Source: Rhabdochlamydiaceae bacterium (GTDB taxonomy: Bacteria > Chlamydiota > Chlamydiia > Chlamydiales > Rhabdochlamydiaceae). Taken from it: a stretch of 64,000 nt of DNA. Positions within the stretch are counted from its first letter, which is position 1; each line of letters begins with the position of its first letter. Under the pieces are notes generated by a model, which was not told the DNA's origin, ran no database searches, and saw only the letters and a program-made list of their open reading frames with translations. Below are positions 1 through 10,420 of this stretch, one piece after another. Position numbers and translations under genes: made by a program. The DNA lies in the NCBI GenBank assembly GCA_047459655.1, contig JAJREF010000001.1:512001-576000 (forward strand), in the 5' to 3' direction.

Positions 1-362
1 AAGTAGGCTTAAATAACAAACTAATGGGGCAAGTCAATCTTGTACTCATCGGCTCTTCATTTGTCAAAACAAACGGTTCTTTCACTCTCATCAGTGGCGT
101 CATTGGACTGGAATACATCAAGACAGGATCTTCTGCCGCAATGGTCAATAGAGCCCTTGAAGGGTTTGTGAAGGGTGTATACTTGGAGATGCCAAAAGGG
201 ATCAGGATCAACATTGTCTGCCCGACAATCGTATCAGAGTCAATGCCCCTCTATGGATCTCTCTTTAAAGGATTCACCCCCGTTCCTGTCTCTACAGTTG
301 CTACAGCATTTGCCAAAAGCGTAGAAGGCTCTGAAACAGGAAAAATCTATCCTCTTCTGTGA
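1..362 (+). CDS. short-chain dehydrogenase/reductase, 3' part (truncated by the window start)
   Basis: NKLMGQVNLV, GSFTLISG, NRALEGFVKG and GIRINIVCP are typical SDR C-terminal motifs. Confidence 0.8.
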   Translation, partial: VGLNNKLMGQVNLVLIGSSFVKTNGSFTLISGVIGLEYIKTGSSAAMVNRALEGFVKGVYLEMPKGIRINIVCPTIVSESMPLYGSLFKGFTPVPVSTVATAFAKSVEGSETGKIYPLL

Positions 363-400
363 AAATGATATTGATCTAAATTCGAGATCAAGATATGTGA

Positions 401-469
401 TTAGACCTCATGCATAACCATAAACTGTTGTTTTCAACAGGCGGTAGCAGGTTTATGCAGGAGATCTAA
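401..469. repeat. short palindromic element with TAGACCTC...GAGATCTA ends
   Basis: ttagacctcatgcataa pairs imperfectly with ttatgcaggagatctaa; internal hairpin ctgttg/caacag. Confidence 0.6.
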
Positions 470-473
470 CATA

Positions 474-637
474 ACTCACCTTAAGCAAAAAGGATGGCTC
501 ATGGACTGTTTGAAAGCTGTTGATAAATCGAATTGCAGAAAATGGGTAGTATTGAATGAAATACAACCCAATTTCTGCAATTCGATTTTCAACGCTTTGA
601 AACAGTCCATGAGCCATCCTTTTTGCTTAAGGTGAGT
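474..637. mobile_element. 164-bp foldback/MITE-like element with perfect 38-bp terminal inverted repeats and a 6-bp direct repeat (AACATA)
   Basis: 474-511 is the exact reverse complement of 600-637; the interior is also palindromic; aacata lies at 468-473 and 638-643. Confidence 0.8.
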
Positions 638-657
638 AACATAAACGGTGGCCCTTT

Positions 658-939
658 ATGAGCGAAGATAGACTCACAGGAATTTTAGTCATTCAAAATG
701 CGAAAGGTTTGCACACACGCCCCTGCGCAGAACTTGTAAAATGTGTCAGCTCATTTAGATCGGAAGTAACCCTCCATTATAAAGGCGTTCAGGCTAGTGG
801 TAAGTCACTCCTTGCCATCCTTACCTTAGGGGCCCCCCTAGGAGCTAATATTACCATCGAAGCTGTCGGCAAAGATGCCAAAGAAACTATCGAAGCCTTA
901 ATTGCGCTTGCAGAGAAGAAATTTTACATTACCTATTAA
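658..939 (+). CDS. ptsH: HPr phosphocarrier protein
   Basis: GLHTRP (His15 motif) and ASGKSLLAILTLGA (Ser46 motif); 93 aa. Confidence 0.92.
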   Translation: MSEDRLTGILVIQNAKGLHTRPCAELVKCVSSFRSEVTLHYKGVQASGKSLLAILTLGAPLGANITIEAVGKDAKETIEALIALAEKKFYITY

Positions 940-1086
940 GTGCTTTGTCGGAGATTGCTCATCAATTTTTTGAAGACGACGATTTTGGAAAATGCAGCTA
1001 ACATGCAGAATGTTAGCGAGTTTGAAAAATCTAGTATTTGCAAAAATTGGCAGCAAGATTCGGCAAATGAGTTGTCCAGAGGCTCC
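937..1086 (+). mobile_element. MITE family A, copy 1 (left inverted repeat missing)
   Basis: Near-identical to 17256-17417 from aagtgctttgtcgg onward; ends ttgtccagaggctcc. Confidence 0.85.
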
Positions 1087-1179
1087 TTAGGGATCTGTCG
1101 ATTTATGGTTCTTTTAAGCCGGCTTCCTATTAGAACGTGAAATCAGCCAAAATAATCCATAAAATCGACAAACACTTAA
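1087..1179. repeat. short palindromic element abutting family A copy 1
   Basis: ttagggatctgtcgatttatgg pairs imperfectly with ccataaaatcgacaaacacttaa. Confidence 0.6.
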
Positions 1180-1398
1180 CACGCAAGAATTCTAATACCA
1201 CAACTACTTTATATACAATAACTTACACAAAAAAAACAATACCCCTCACATACTGCCACCTTTCGCCATCTTATTCTTAATACATTCATAATTAGAGATT
1301 TACATAACATAAACAAATAATTAAAAAAACTTTACATTCAGGAGTGTGCCTGCTAAAATTAAATTAATAATTTAACAAAATAATACAATGAGGTTAAT

Positions 1399-2451
1399 AT
1401 GTCTCACAAAGTAACTCCCCAAGATGGTTCTACACAGCCAACGAACAGCTCAAGCAATTTCCCACCAAATACATCATCTAATCCCCGTGATTGCAGCGCT
1501 TATGCAATAAAGCGCCTAGCAAAAAGTTCGAAAGATGAAACTGTTGGGGATGATACTGACCCATGGGCTTCATTTTTATTGGAATGGGACGAGGAAAACG
1601 TTCCTCTTGATCAACCTGTTCCGCATAAAAAAGATGCGGACGCTTCAGCATCAGCGGCTACCGTTGATAGAAGTGAACAGACTTCAGTAGTTGAAAAAAC
1701 ACAGGGGTTATTTGGAAGATTCTTCGGATGGGTAACAGGCGCCTCTTCTACAAAAAAACCTGCACAACCCCCTCGTTTAGAAGCAGCTCCTCGTTTAGAA
1801 GCAGCTCATCTTTTAGAAGCAGCCACAAGCAGTACCACACAAAATTCTTTTTTTCAAAGAAATCCGGCTTTCCCAGCAAGAAGTGCCAACACAGGTATAG
1901 TCAAGAAAGACACTACAAGCCTTATTGAAAGATACATTGAAGGATCTTTTCCAATTTCACAGATTGATGATGATTTCCCAAAACATGTGCAACAAGCAGC
2001 ACAAAATACAAGATGTGAACCAGAGAAGCTCTTGAACACCCCCAACCGAGCAGGAAATCAATTATTCTGGAATTTTTTCTATTGTTTTATAGGCAAATAT
2101 AAATTCACTACTATGCAAGCGCTGTTAGATATGGGAGCTATTCCTGGCAACATAGCCCCAGAATCAAAAACTTTTCGAAATGCATTTAATTCATCACTTG
2201 ACTTTGTAGAAGCGTTATCTTTGATATTAAGACTTGTTAAGGATGGAAGGTTGTCTGAATCTGATGTGAACTCTTTCAAAATTGCTTGGAATGATTTGAT
2301 AAAAGAAATTCCACAAGATCACAGACTCGAGAATTTGAAAATTTATTTGTCAGATAAGACAGAATATCAAGGGGAAGACACTGGCTGGAAAAAAGAAGAT
2401 CTAAAAAATTATATTAAGAACAACTTTGATGAAAATTTGAATTGGAAATAA
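1399..2451 (+). CDS. hypothetical protein, putative secreted effector (N-terminus shared with the next gene)
   Basis: 350-aa ORF with gagg RBS; Ser/Thr/Pro-rich N-terminus; VVEKTQGLFGRFFGW block shared with 2477-3595. Confidence 0.7.
   Translation: MSHKVTPQDGSTQPTNSSSNFPPNTSSNPRDCSAYAIKRLAKSSKDETVGDDTDPWASFLLEWDEENVPLDQPVPHKKDADASASAATVDRSEQTSVVEKTQGLFGRFFGWVTGASSTKKPAQPPRLEAAPRLEAAHLLEAATSSTTQNSFFQRNPAFPARSANTGIVKKDTTSLIERYIEGSFPISQIDDDFPKHVQQAAQNTRCEPEKLLNTPNRAGNQLFWNFFYCFIGKYKFTTMQALLDMGAIPGNIAPESKTFRNAFNSSLDFVEALSLILRLVKDGRLSESDVNSFKIAWNDLIKEIPQDHRLENLKIYLSDKTEYQGEDTGWKKEDLKNYIKNNFDENLNWK
1771..1824 (+). repeat. three 18-bp tandem repeats encoding PRLEAA-PRLEAA-HLLEAA
   Basis: cctcgtttagaagcagct twice, then catcttttagaagcagcc. 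Confidence 0.9.
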
Positions 2452-2476
2452 TAAATAATAATACAATGAGGCTAAT

Positions 2477-3595
2477 ATGTCTGACAAAATAAATCCACAA
2501 GATAGCTCTAGACAACCAGTGAGCGACCCAAGAGGTTCTATAGAAGATACCTCAGGCGCTCTCCGTGATTACAGCGCTTATGCAACAGAACTCCTAAAGA
2601 CTTCTTGGAACGATGAAAAAGATAGAGATACTGATTATACTAATCTAGATGGCCTCATATGGGACGGGATGTGGGACGAGCAAAACGTTTCTTTTGGTGG
2701 ATCTGTTATACATAAAGATGAAGAAGAGCAAGCAAGATCACCATCACCATTAGAAAGCGATGGAGATAACGATATCGACGCTTCAGCATCAACGGTTACC
2801 GTTAACACACATGAAAAGCACCCAGTAGTTGAAAAAACACAGGGTTTATTTGGAAGATTCTTCGGATGGATAACAGGTGCCTCTTCTACAAAAAAACCTG
2901 AAGAAACTCCTCCTTTAGAAGAAGACTGGACAGATATGACTGGAGAACCGAACCGAGAGTCACATATCGATTGGTCTGGCCAAGGACTCTCATCTATTGG
3001 TCCAGAGCGATTCAGTGCACTTAGAGCTGCAGATCCAGAAACACTTGATCTTTCCGATAACAAAATCAGTAATCTAGACGAAGATTTCGCTGATTTAACA
3101 AAACTAAAGACTCTTGACCTATCTCGAAATCCTTTAATTTATGTAGATGGTCTTCAGAAAGGAACAAGCTTACAAACCCTTATCTTAAATAAGACGATAC
3201 TCCGTCAGTTCCCGTGGTTTTTGAAAAATTTAAAAGAGTTAAAACATCTTGAACTTGAACAGGTTGGGCAATTTCTAGGGTCTGGGAGTCGTTATCGTGA
3301 AATCAGTCGATACACTTTCCCGCAGGAATTATCCAATTTAGAAATCCTGAATATGTGTTTTCATATGAGATCTTGGGACCGCGCCTTGTTACCAAAATTG
3401 GATAATCTCATAAATCTAAAACATCTTAATATTGTTGGTAATGACACCCCACCCGTTTCTTGGGATAAATTAAAAAAATTAGAAACTGTTACACTAGATA
3501 GCGGTCAATATAAGATATACTCAAAACTGATACAAGAAGCAATCCCTAGTTGCAAAATTATTGTAAAGGACATAATGGCAACTCACAGAGTGTAG
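2477..3595 (+). CDS. leucine-rich repeat protein, putative secreted effector
   Basis: LRR units LDLSDNKISNL, LKTLDLSRNPL, LQTLILNKT and LKHLNIVGN; N-terminus paralogous to 1399-2451. Confidence 0.8.
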   Translation: MSDKINPQDSSRQPVSDPRGSIEDTSGALRDYSAYATELLKTSWNDEKDRDTDYTNLDGLIWDGMWDEQNVSFGGSVIHKDEEEQARSPSPLESDGDNDIDASASTVTVNTHEKHPVVEKTQGLFGRFFGWITGASSTKKPEETPPLEEDWTDMTGEPNRESHIDWSGQGLSSIGPERFSALRAADPETLDLSDNKISNLDEDFADLTKLKTLDLSRNPLIYVDGLQKGTSLQTLILNKTILRQFPWFLKNLKELKHLELEQVGQFLGSGSRYREISRYTFPQELSNLEILNMCFHMRSWDRALLPKLDNLINLKHLNIVGNDTPPVSWDKLKKLETVTLDSGQYKIYSKLIQEAIPSCKIIVKDIMATHRV

Positions 3596-3634
3596 TAGAT
3601 TTGACTGAACCTGAGCTTTGCAACTACCTCTCTA

Positions 3635-6379
3635 TCATATCTGCTGAGGCTGGGGCGGAGTGTCGTCTGAAGCCTTAGGAGAGGGTTTCTTTGTGGGTTG
3701 CAAAGAAGGGGGCGGTGGTGGGAGCTTTCTTTGAAGCTCTTCAGCCATTTTTAGGCGCCCTTTTTTCTTTTCAAGATCCCATGTCCCTTTGATGATATCT
3801 TGGACATCATCTTTATCAAGCGTTTCAAACTCCATGAGCATTTGGGTCATGAGCTCTACTTTGTCTTTATTAGCCGTGATGATCTCTGTTGCGCGCTGAT
3901 GCCCTTCTTTGACAAGTTTGAGAACTTCTGCATCGATAAATTTAGCTGTATCTTCTGAATAAGTACGTTCTTTAGTCCCTGCCATGCCAAGGTACATGCC
4001 ACTTTCGGAGCGCTCATCATAGGCAACAGTTCCTAGGGCATCTGTCATCCCCCATTCACATACCATGCTTCTTGCAAGGCGTGTTGCCTGGGTGATGTCC
4101 ATCTGAGCACCTGAGGAAATATCTGATACAAAAATCTCTTCTGCAACTCTTCCGCCCATGAGAACAGCGAGTTGGTCGAGAAGTTCTTTTCTCCAATAGC
4201 TGAGTCTATTTTTTTTGGGCATGAAATGAGTAGCTCCTAGAGACATCCCACGCGGAATGATCGTCACTTTGTCAACGGGGTCGGCATTTTTAACAACAAG
4301 TCCTACAATCGCATGTCCTGACTCGTGGTAAGCCGTTGTCTTTTTCTCATTATCATCGATCTCAAGGCTGCGTCTTTCTTTCCCATATCTGACCTTGTCA
4401 CACGCTTCTCTAGCTTCTGTACTTGTCACAGCGGTTCTACCGCGTCTTGCCGCTAAAAGAGCCGCTTCATTGAGGAGGTTCATGAGATCTGCCCCTGAAG
4501 CCCCAGGTGTATTACGGGCAAGCTCCATCAAATCGACTGAACTATCCATCTTAATTTTTCTAGCATGCACTTTCAAGATTTCAAAACGACCTTTCACATC
4601 GGGAAGGTCAATCACGATACGGCGATCGAATCTACCAGGACGCAGAAGGGCTCTATCGAGCACATCAGGGCGGTTAGTCGCTGCAATTAAAATAATTCCT
4701 TCGCTAGGATCAAACCCATCCATTTCCACAAGTAGTTGGTTAAGGGTTTGTTCTCTTTCATCGTGTCCACCACCAATCCCAGCACCTCTATGACGCCCTA
4801 CAGCATCAATCTCATCCATGAAGATAATGCAAGGGGCTGATTTCCTAGCCTCATTGAACATATCTCGTATACGGCTAGCACCCACACCCACAAACATTTC
4901 AACGAAATCAGATCCTGAGATAAAGAAAAAGGGACGATCGGCTTCTCCGGCGACGGCTTTAGCAATTAAGGTTTTTCCTGTACCGGGAGCTCCTATGCAA
5001 AGAACACCTTTGGGGATTTTAGCACCAAGAGCTGTAAATTTGCCGGGATCTCTGAGAAAGTCAACAATCTCTTGAAGTTCTTCTTTTGCTTCATCACAAC
5101 CTGCGACATCTTTGAATGTCACTTTGTTGCGCTCTTTAGTCAAAAGCTTGGCAGGAGATTTTCCAAAATTCATCGCAGAAGACCCTACACCTTTCATCTG
5201 CCTTGAGAAGACAAAGTAGAGCAAGAAGACAACGAGAAGAACAGGAAGTAGAGTTAATAGATAACTAAAATAATTAGGAGAGGGCTCTTCACTCTTAAAT
5301 GTTTTATCAAGTACGAGGTTTCTTGGCTGATCAGGCGCTTTAAAGTAGGCTCCCTTGTTTGTTGGGAAAGCATCCCATTCTTGCTTTGCCTGCGCGTACC
5401 AGTGGCTAAAGGCTTCTGGATCTTGTTTCTCAAGAGCTCTTGTTGAGACTTCTTGATTATTAAAGAACCAGGTCATGTTGACCACTGCTTCTCTTGCCTT
5501 GTCTAACTGTGACTCGTTGTTGATTAACTCTTCTGCTACACCGTTGTATTGGGCAATTTCAGCTAAATAATTACGCACGGATCGGAGCTGTACGAGTCTG
5601 GCATTATCGACTTTTTGATTTAAATCGGTGACAATTGATCGGATACTTTTTAAAACGTTTCCATAGATGGTGCTTCTCTCAGCGGGTGTTTGATCCGCAC
5701 TGATGACGGTTTGCTCGATAGTCTTTAATTGCTGTTTCATCGATTCATTGCCAATTCCCAAAGAAGAAGAGCGAAAGCCTTGAATCAAAGCCATCAAATC
5801 TTTTCCAAAAGAAGCAGTTAGCTCAGAACGAGGAGGATACTGTCTTTCTAAATCTGCTAGACTCACAATAGGTCTATCGGAGAGTTGTTTAACCACAACT
5901 TCACGACTTCTTCCCTCTGTACTAACTACAGGATCAATCACCCAATAACCTGTCGAAGGAATAGGAAGGCCGCTTAAATGCAAAAACCAATCAGCAGAAC
6001 TGGCTACACTTTTTTGAAGAGAGGTTAGATCCCCTTCTATTCTTGTTTGGTCGGCAACTAACTCATGGTTGCGGTTCAAAGTTTCTAAATACTTAAATCT
6101 AGCCGTTGCATCATCTGTTAGACGATCACGAAATTTACCGCTGAAGGTCACCAGCTTTTCATTATGATCTTTGAGGGCGACTTTTCTACTACTGTCTGGT
6201 TGAATTAAGTCGAGGTTAACGAGGTGTTCAGCCTGGTGGCTAAAAGCTACTTTAGCAACTCTCTCGGAAGAGAGATTTTGAACTGTCAGAACAATCAAAA
6301 TAATAGCGAGGAGAAAAACTAAAAATCCTCCTGGCATGCCTTTACGAGGCTCTGGTCGTGTCTTATTTTCGTTACTCAT
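3635..6379 (-). CDS. ftsH: ATP-dependent zinc metalloprotease FtsH (long chlamydial form)
   Basis: Walker A GAPGTGKT, Walker [14 protein letters not shown] zinc motif; two TM segments around a large soluble loop. Confidence 0.97.
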   Translation of the reverse strand: MSNENKTRPEPRKGMPGGFLVFLLAIILIVLTVQNLSSERVAKVAFSHQAEHLVNLDLIQPDSSRKVALKDHNEKLVTFSGKFRDRLTDDATARFKYLETLNRNHELVADQTRIEGDLTSLQKSVASSADWFLHLSGLPIPSTGYWVIDPVVSTEGRSREVVVKQLSDRPIVSLADLERQYPPRSELTASFGKDLMALIQGFRSSSLGIGNESMKQQLKTIEQTVISADQTPAERSTIYGNVLKSIRSIVTDLNQKVDNARLVQLRSVRNYLAEIAQYNGVAEELINNESQLDKAREAVVNMTWFFNNQEVSTRALEKQDPEAFSHWYAQAKQEWDAFPTNKGAYFKAPDQPRNLVLDKTFKSEEPSPNYFSYLLTLLPVLLVVFLLYFVFSRQMKGVGSSAMNFGKSPAKLLTKERNKVTFKDVAGCDEAKEELQEIVDFLRDPGKFTALGAKIPKGVLCIGAPGTGKTLIAKAVAGEADRPFFFISGSDFVEMFVGVGASRIRDMFNEARKSAPCIIFMDEIDAVGRHRGAGIGGGHDEREQTLNQLLVEMDGFDPSEGIILIAATNRPDVLDRALLRPGRFDRRIVIDLPDVKGRFEILKVHARKIKMDSSVDLMELARNTPGASGADLMNLLNEAALLAARRGRTAVTSTEAREACDKVRYGKERRSLEIDDNEKKTTAYHESGHAIVGLVVKNADPVDKVTIIPRGMSLGATHFMPKKNRLSYWRKELLDQLAVLMGGRVAEEIFVSDISSGAQMDITQATRLARSMVCEWGMTDALGTVAYDERSESGMYLGMAGTKERTYSEDTAKFIDAEVLKLVKEGHQRATEIITANKDKVELMTQMLMEFETLDKDDVQDIIKGTWDLEKKKGRLKMAEELQRKLPPPPPSLQPTKKPSPKASDDTPPQPQQI

Positions 6380-6508
6380 GTATTTTCAACTCAAAGTGTT
6401 AATCTTACAAATTAAACCATTTAGCAGGGATTTTAGTAAAGCTCTGCATTCAATCCCCACCTACCTGCGCAAAATCAAATATCTGAATCACATGGGGCCT
6501 AATTCAAG

Positions 6509-7467
6509 CTAATAGCCTTCATTATTTTTTATTGCAACAACTCTCCGGTGGATTTCAATTATTTTTTTCCAGAAAGAATTTTTTTCTTGGAAGAACCTCT
6601 TTCAAGCAGATTGTAAAGGGTTTCTAAGGCCTCATAAGACAAAAATATATTTTCCCCTTCTACCATTTTTTTAAGAAAAGTTTTTATTTCGACAGGTTCA
6701 AAAGGGTAAAAAAGTTAAGATCTACCCTGACCTCATCCTCTTTTTTTCAATCAGCCTCCAATAAGGATCTATTTGGCGATCTAAATAGTCTTTTAAAGCT
6801 TGCGACCAAGAGGCGATCTTACAGAGGTTACCTGCGACCTCTTTCCCAAATTTTTCAGCTAGCTCTGGTAGAATCTGCGTGCGCATCCGAGAACGTAAAA
6901 ACCTCGCATCTCTATTTGTGGGATCCTCTAAAGGGGTTAGCTGCTTTACTTCAAGCCAAGCATAGATCTCTTGTTTGCGGTGTTTAAGAAGAGGCCTCCA
7001 GATAGACATCTCTTTTAGGTAAGAGACTTCCAAAATACCTCCTAAGGAGGTGGGATGAGCCCCTTCTAAAATTCTTTTAAGCACTGTTTCAGACTGGTCA
7101 TCGCTATGGTGCCCTAGAAGGAGAGCTTGGCATGAAAGCTTTTGATATAGAGTGGCAAAAAAGGAAAGCCTTGCTTCCCTTGCTTGCTCCTCCCCTTTAT
7201 ATCAGTCAGTTTAGTCTGGTGAAAAGGAATGCCAAAACCAGTCACATATTTTTCTAAAGCACTAGCCTCCAGGCTACTTTCCTCCCTCCATCCATGATCG
7301 ACATGAGCAACATGGAGCTGAAAAGAAAAAAATTTAGAGACGTTCAGCAAAAGATGGAAGAGAGCCAAAGAATCAGGCCCTCCCGAGAAACCAAGCAACA
7401 GTGGTTTGTCCAGGCACCCCTTATCTTCAAGGAAATTTTTAACCGTTTGTAAAATCTGATCTTTCAT
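6509..7467 (-). CDS. tilS: tRNA(Ile)-lysidine synthetase (split by frameshifts; 3' end approximate)
   Basis: SGGPDS PP-loop, HVDHGWR, IWRPLL and EDPTN...RSRMR; upstream of ftsH. Confidence 0.9.
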
Positions 7468-7525
7468 AGCTCTATTTAATTATCTTTGTATTATAATAAG
7501 CCCAACTAAAAAATAATACAGATTT

Positions 7526-8617
7526 ATGCCCCTGATTTGGCGATACTTTTTTAAAAATTACCTGCAAGTTCTTCTTTTGTGCGTTTCGAGCTTTGTCACC
7601 ATTCTTTTTGTTATGAGAATGAGGGATGTCGCTGAGTTTGCTTCCATCGCCTCAAGTGGCATGGCTATTTTTTTATTTAGCCTATACCAAATTCCCCATG
7701 TGCTTCCTCAAGCTATTCCGATTGCGTGCGTGATTGCCTCGATGCTCCTATGCCAGCGCATGAGTACAACCCATGAAATGACAGCCTTGCGCGCTGCCGG
7801 CTTTGGATTGCAAAGAATTTTATATCCTATTTTACTCATGGCCTTTGTGCTTAGCTTACTTAATTTTACGCTGGCCTGTGATATTGCACCGCGTGCTAAA
7901 ATGGCCACAAAAACACTTCTATCTAAAGCAGGATCAGATAATCCGTTTTTTATATTTAATAAAATTTCAGAAGGGAAGTTCACTAACTCTTATGTCGAAA
8001 TGCGTTCACTTAAAGAAGGGCAAAAAGCAGAAGATGTCCTTTTTATCATGAATAATAGATCGAACAAACGCCTGGGGATCATCACTGCCAAAGAACTAAA
8101 AATCGAAAAAGAACTTCTTACAGGAAAAGATGTTTCTATCATTTCCTCTGTTGATCCTAAATTGGAAGATGAATTTGATCACCTTGTCATTGAGAATCAA
8201 ACGTACATGGAAACAAAGGCCTCTAACCTCTCTGACATGTTTAGCAGTAAAAAGGGGTATGCAGGGCTAGACTTCCTTTCCTTACGCGCTCTTTTTGCTA
8301 AAGCTGCTCTACAAAAAAAGAGTATTTTTTCTACGATTACGGGTCTAGAAATAGCAAAGCGCCTGTCTATCTCCTGGGCTCCTTTTATCTTTACGTTAAT
8401 GGGCGCTGCCTTCGGGATGGAGTTGGGAAGGAGAAAAACAAAAAAAGGAATCATTTGCGCCATTCTTTTATCTGCTTTTTACCTTTGTTGCTTTGTTGCT
8501 GCCAAATCGATGAAAGGCTCTCCTCTGATCGGTTGGATCATCTATTTCCTACCCTACCCGATCATTATTTTGATCTCTGCCCGTTTCCTACGTAACTTTT
8601 CAAAAGGGATCGAATAA
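7526..8617 (+). CDS. lptF: LPS export permease, LptF/LptG (YjgP/YjgQ) family
   Basis: 3+3 TM layout, EMTALRAAG motif, tandem with a second family member. Confidence 0.85.
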   Translation: MPLIWRYFFKNYLQVLLLCVSSFVTILFVMRMRDVAEFASIASSGMAIFLFSLYQIPHVLPQAIPIACVIASMLLCQRMSTTHEMTALRAAGFGLQRILYPILLMAFVLSLLNFTLACDIAPRAKMATKTLLSKAGSDNPFFIFNKISEGKFTNSYVEMRSLKEGQKAEDVLFIMNNRSNKRLGIITAKELKIEKELLTGKDVSIISSVDPKLEDEFDHLVIENQTYMETKASNLSDMFSSKKGYAGLDFLSLRALFAKAALQKKSIFSTITGLEIAKRLSISWAPFIFTLMGAAFGMELGRRKTKKGIICAILLSAFYLCCFVAAKSMKGSPLIGWIIYFLPYPIIILISARFLRNFSKGIE

Positions 8618-8619
8618 CC

Positions 8620-9702
8620 ATGCGACTGAAGTTATGGGAGAGGTATTTTTTTCTAGAAACCATTAAAGTCTTTTTCTTTGTGCTGTGCTCTTTTTTCTTC
8701 CTCTACTCTCTCTTGACTATGCAACGCATATGGAAGATTTTGTAAAAAAGAGTCTCTGCAGTTCAAAGATCTCACACAGTTTTACCTCAACCATTTTTTA
8801 AAAAGAGCCGATCTTCTTTTGCCCCTTGCTCTTTTGGTTGCCACCATTAAGGTTCTGACATCTCTCAATATTAAACATGAGTGGATGGTCCTTCAAGTCA
8901 CTGGGCTGCGCACCCGCAGATTGCTAAGACCTTTTTTTGTGATGGCTATTTTCTGCAGCCTCTTCAACTGGGCTAACTTTCAGTATCTTCTCCCCACGTC
9001 TCTCCATGCCATCGAACAGTTTCACGTCAAAAACTTCAAACACTCCCACAGAGCGCAACGGCAAGAGTTGATGCATATCTTAAAACTGAAAGATCGCTCA
9101 AAACTTCTCTATCAATCATACGATGCTCAAAAAGAGGGTTTCTTTGATGTGTTGTGGATCCGTTCAGTAGATGACATTTGGCGAATTAAATTTTTAAACG
9201 CTGATCCCGCAAAACCCATCGGCCACTATGTTGATCATTTAACCCGTAATAAAGAGGGCTTTTTAGAAAAAAAGATTCCTACGAACACTGCCTCTTGACA
9301 GATCTTAAATGGGATTTAAAAGCGATGGGGGATGGGATTATTCCTTTTGAAAACCTCTCTATTAAAGCTCTTTGGAAACAACTGGGACAAAAATCTCCCG
9401 CTACCCAATATGAAACCCCTAAAATCCTCTCCCAACTTTTCTTTAAACTAGCAACACCGTTCTCTCTTTTGATTGTCGTGATAGCTGTCATCCCCTGGTG
9501 CATCTCTTTTTCACGCTATCTCAATACATTTATTATTTATGCAGCAGGTCTGTTTGGGCTTTTAGCGTTTTACATGCTGCTGGATACGGTGGTCATCCTC
9601 GGAGAGCACAACGTCGTCCACCCCGCCTTTGCAGTCCTTTCTCCATTTGTAATCTGTGGACTTATTTTTAGCCGGAGGTTTCTAAAACGAACATGCGTTT
9701 AA
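8620..9702 (+). CDS. lptG: LPS export permease, LptF/LptG family (frameshifted)
   Basis: MRLKLWERYF start, PLALLVATIKVL...EWMVLQVTG motif and C-terminal TMs, spread over several frames. Confidence 0.8.
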
Positions 9703-10420
9703 AACCTTTGTTGTACTGCCATTTAGCTATTTTGTTTCTCTTAGGCACTTTTTTCTGGGGGCCTACACGCGTTTACTGGGATATTTTCGATGTTGGTTGC
9801 TTCAAGTTTTTAAATGGAACGCTCAAAGATAGCTCCATCCTGCAAACATTCTGGGCGCTTGCTAACCATAAACTCACCGATTGGGTAGAAGATCTCGTCT
9901 TCATTGTTTTTTTGCCATTGCCATTTACCAAGTCGGTGCTGGAAAAAGACTCAGAAAAGCCTCACAATTTATCTTTTGTATTCTGTTTGCAGCAACGATG
10001 CTTTATGGCGTAAACAAAGTGCTTTTCCGTGAACACTTAAAAATCCCAAGAGCTAGCCCCAGCTTAGTAGTCACTCCCTGTATCCGCGTCTCTGAGAATA
10101 TCCCCTGGCTGAAGACAAAAGAAAAAGCAGGCTCTAGCTTTCCAGGAGATCACGCGACAACCGTCATATTCTTTGCTGTCTCCTACACCTTTTTTACAGG
10201 TAGGCGCCTTGGCTACTACGCCCTTGCGTATGCTATCCTCCGAACCCTTCCTCGCTTGATCATCGGCGCTCATTGGTTCACAGATGTTTTTGTTGGCAGC
10301 GGAACAATCGTACTATTATTTTCCAGCTGGGCTCTATGCACCCCCTTCCATTTTTGGGTGACAAGCTGGATCGAATCCTTTTTAAAAATCTTTTCCTATC
10401 GTAGAATCACCTCATTATGA
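9693..10420 (+). CDS. PAP2-family lipid phosphatase/phosphotransferase, LpxT-like (one frameshift near 9910)
   Basis: SSFPGDH and PRLIIGAHWFTD motifs. Confidence 0.8.

Noticed and set aside
940..1140. Small similar ORFs at 940-1140, 45971-46168 and 17641-17895 as a new small-protein family
   Set aside because: They are translations of family A MITE copies; the frame is broken in other copies and there is no RBS
5200..6300. Large extra domain in FtsH
   Set aside because: A FtsH of about 910 aa with a long loop between the TM segments is the normal chlamydial form
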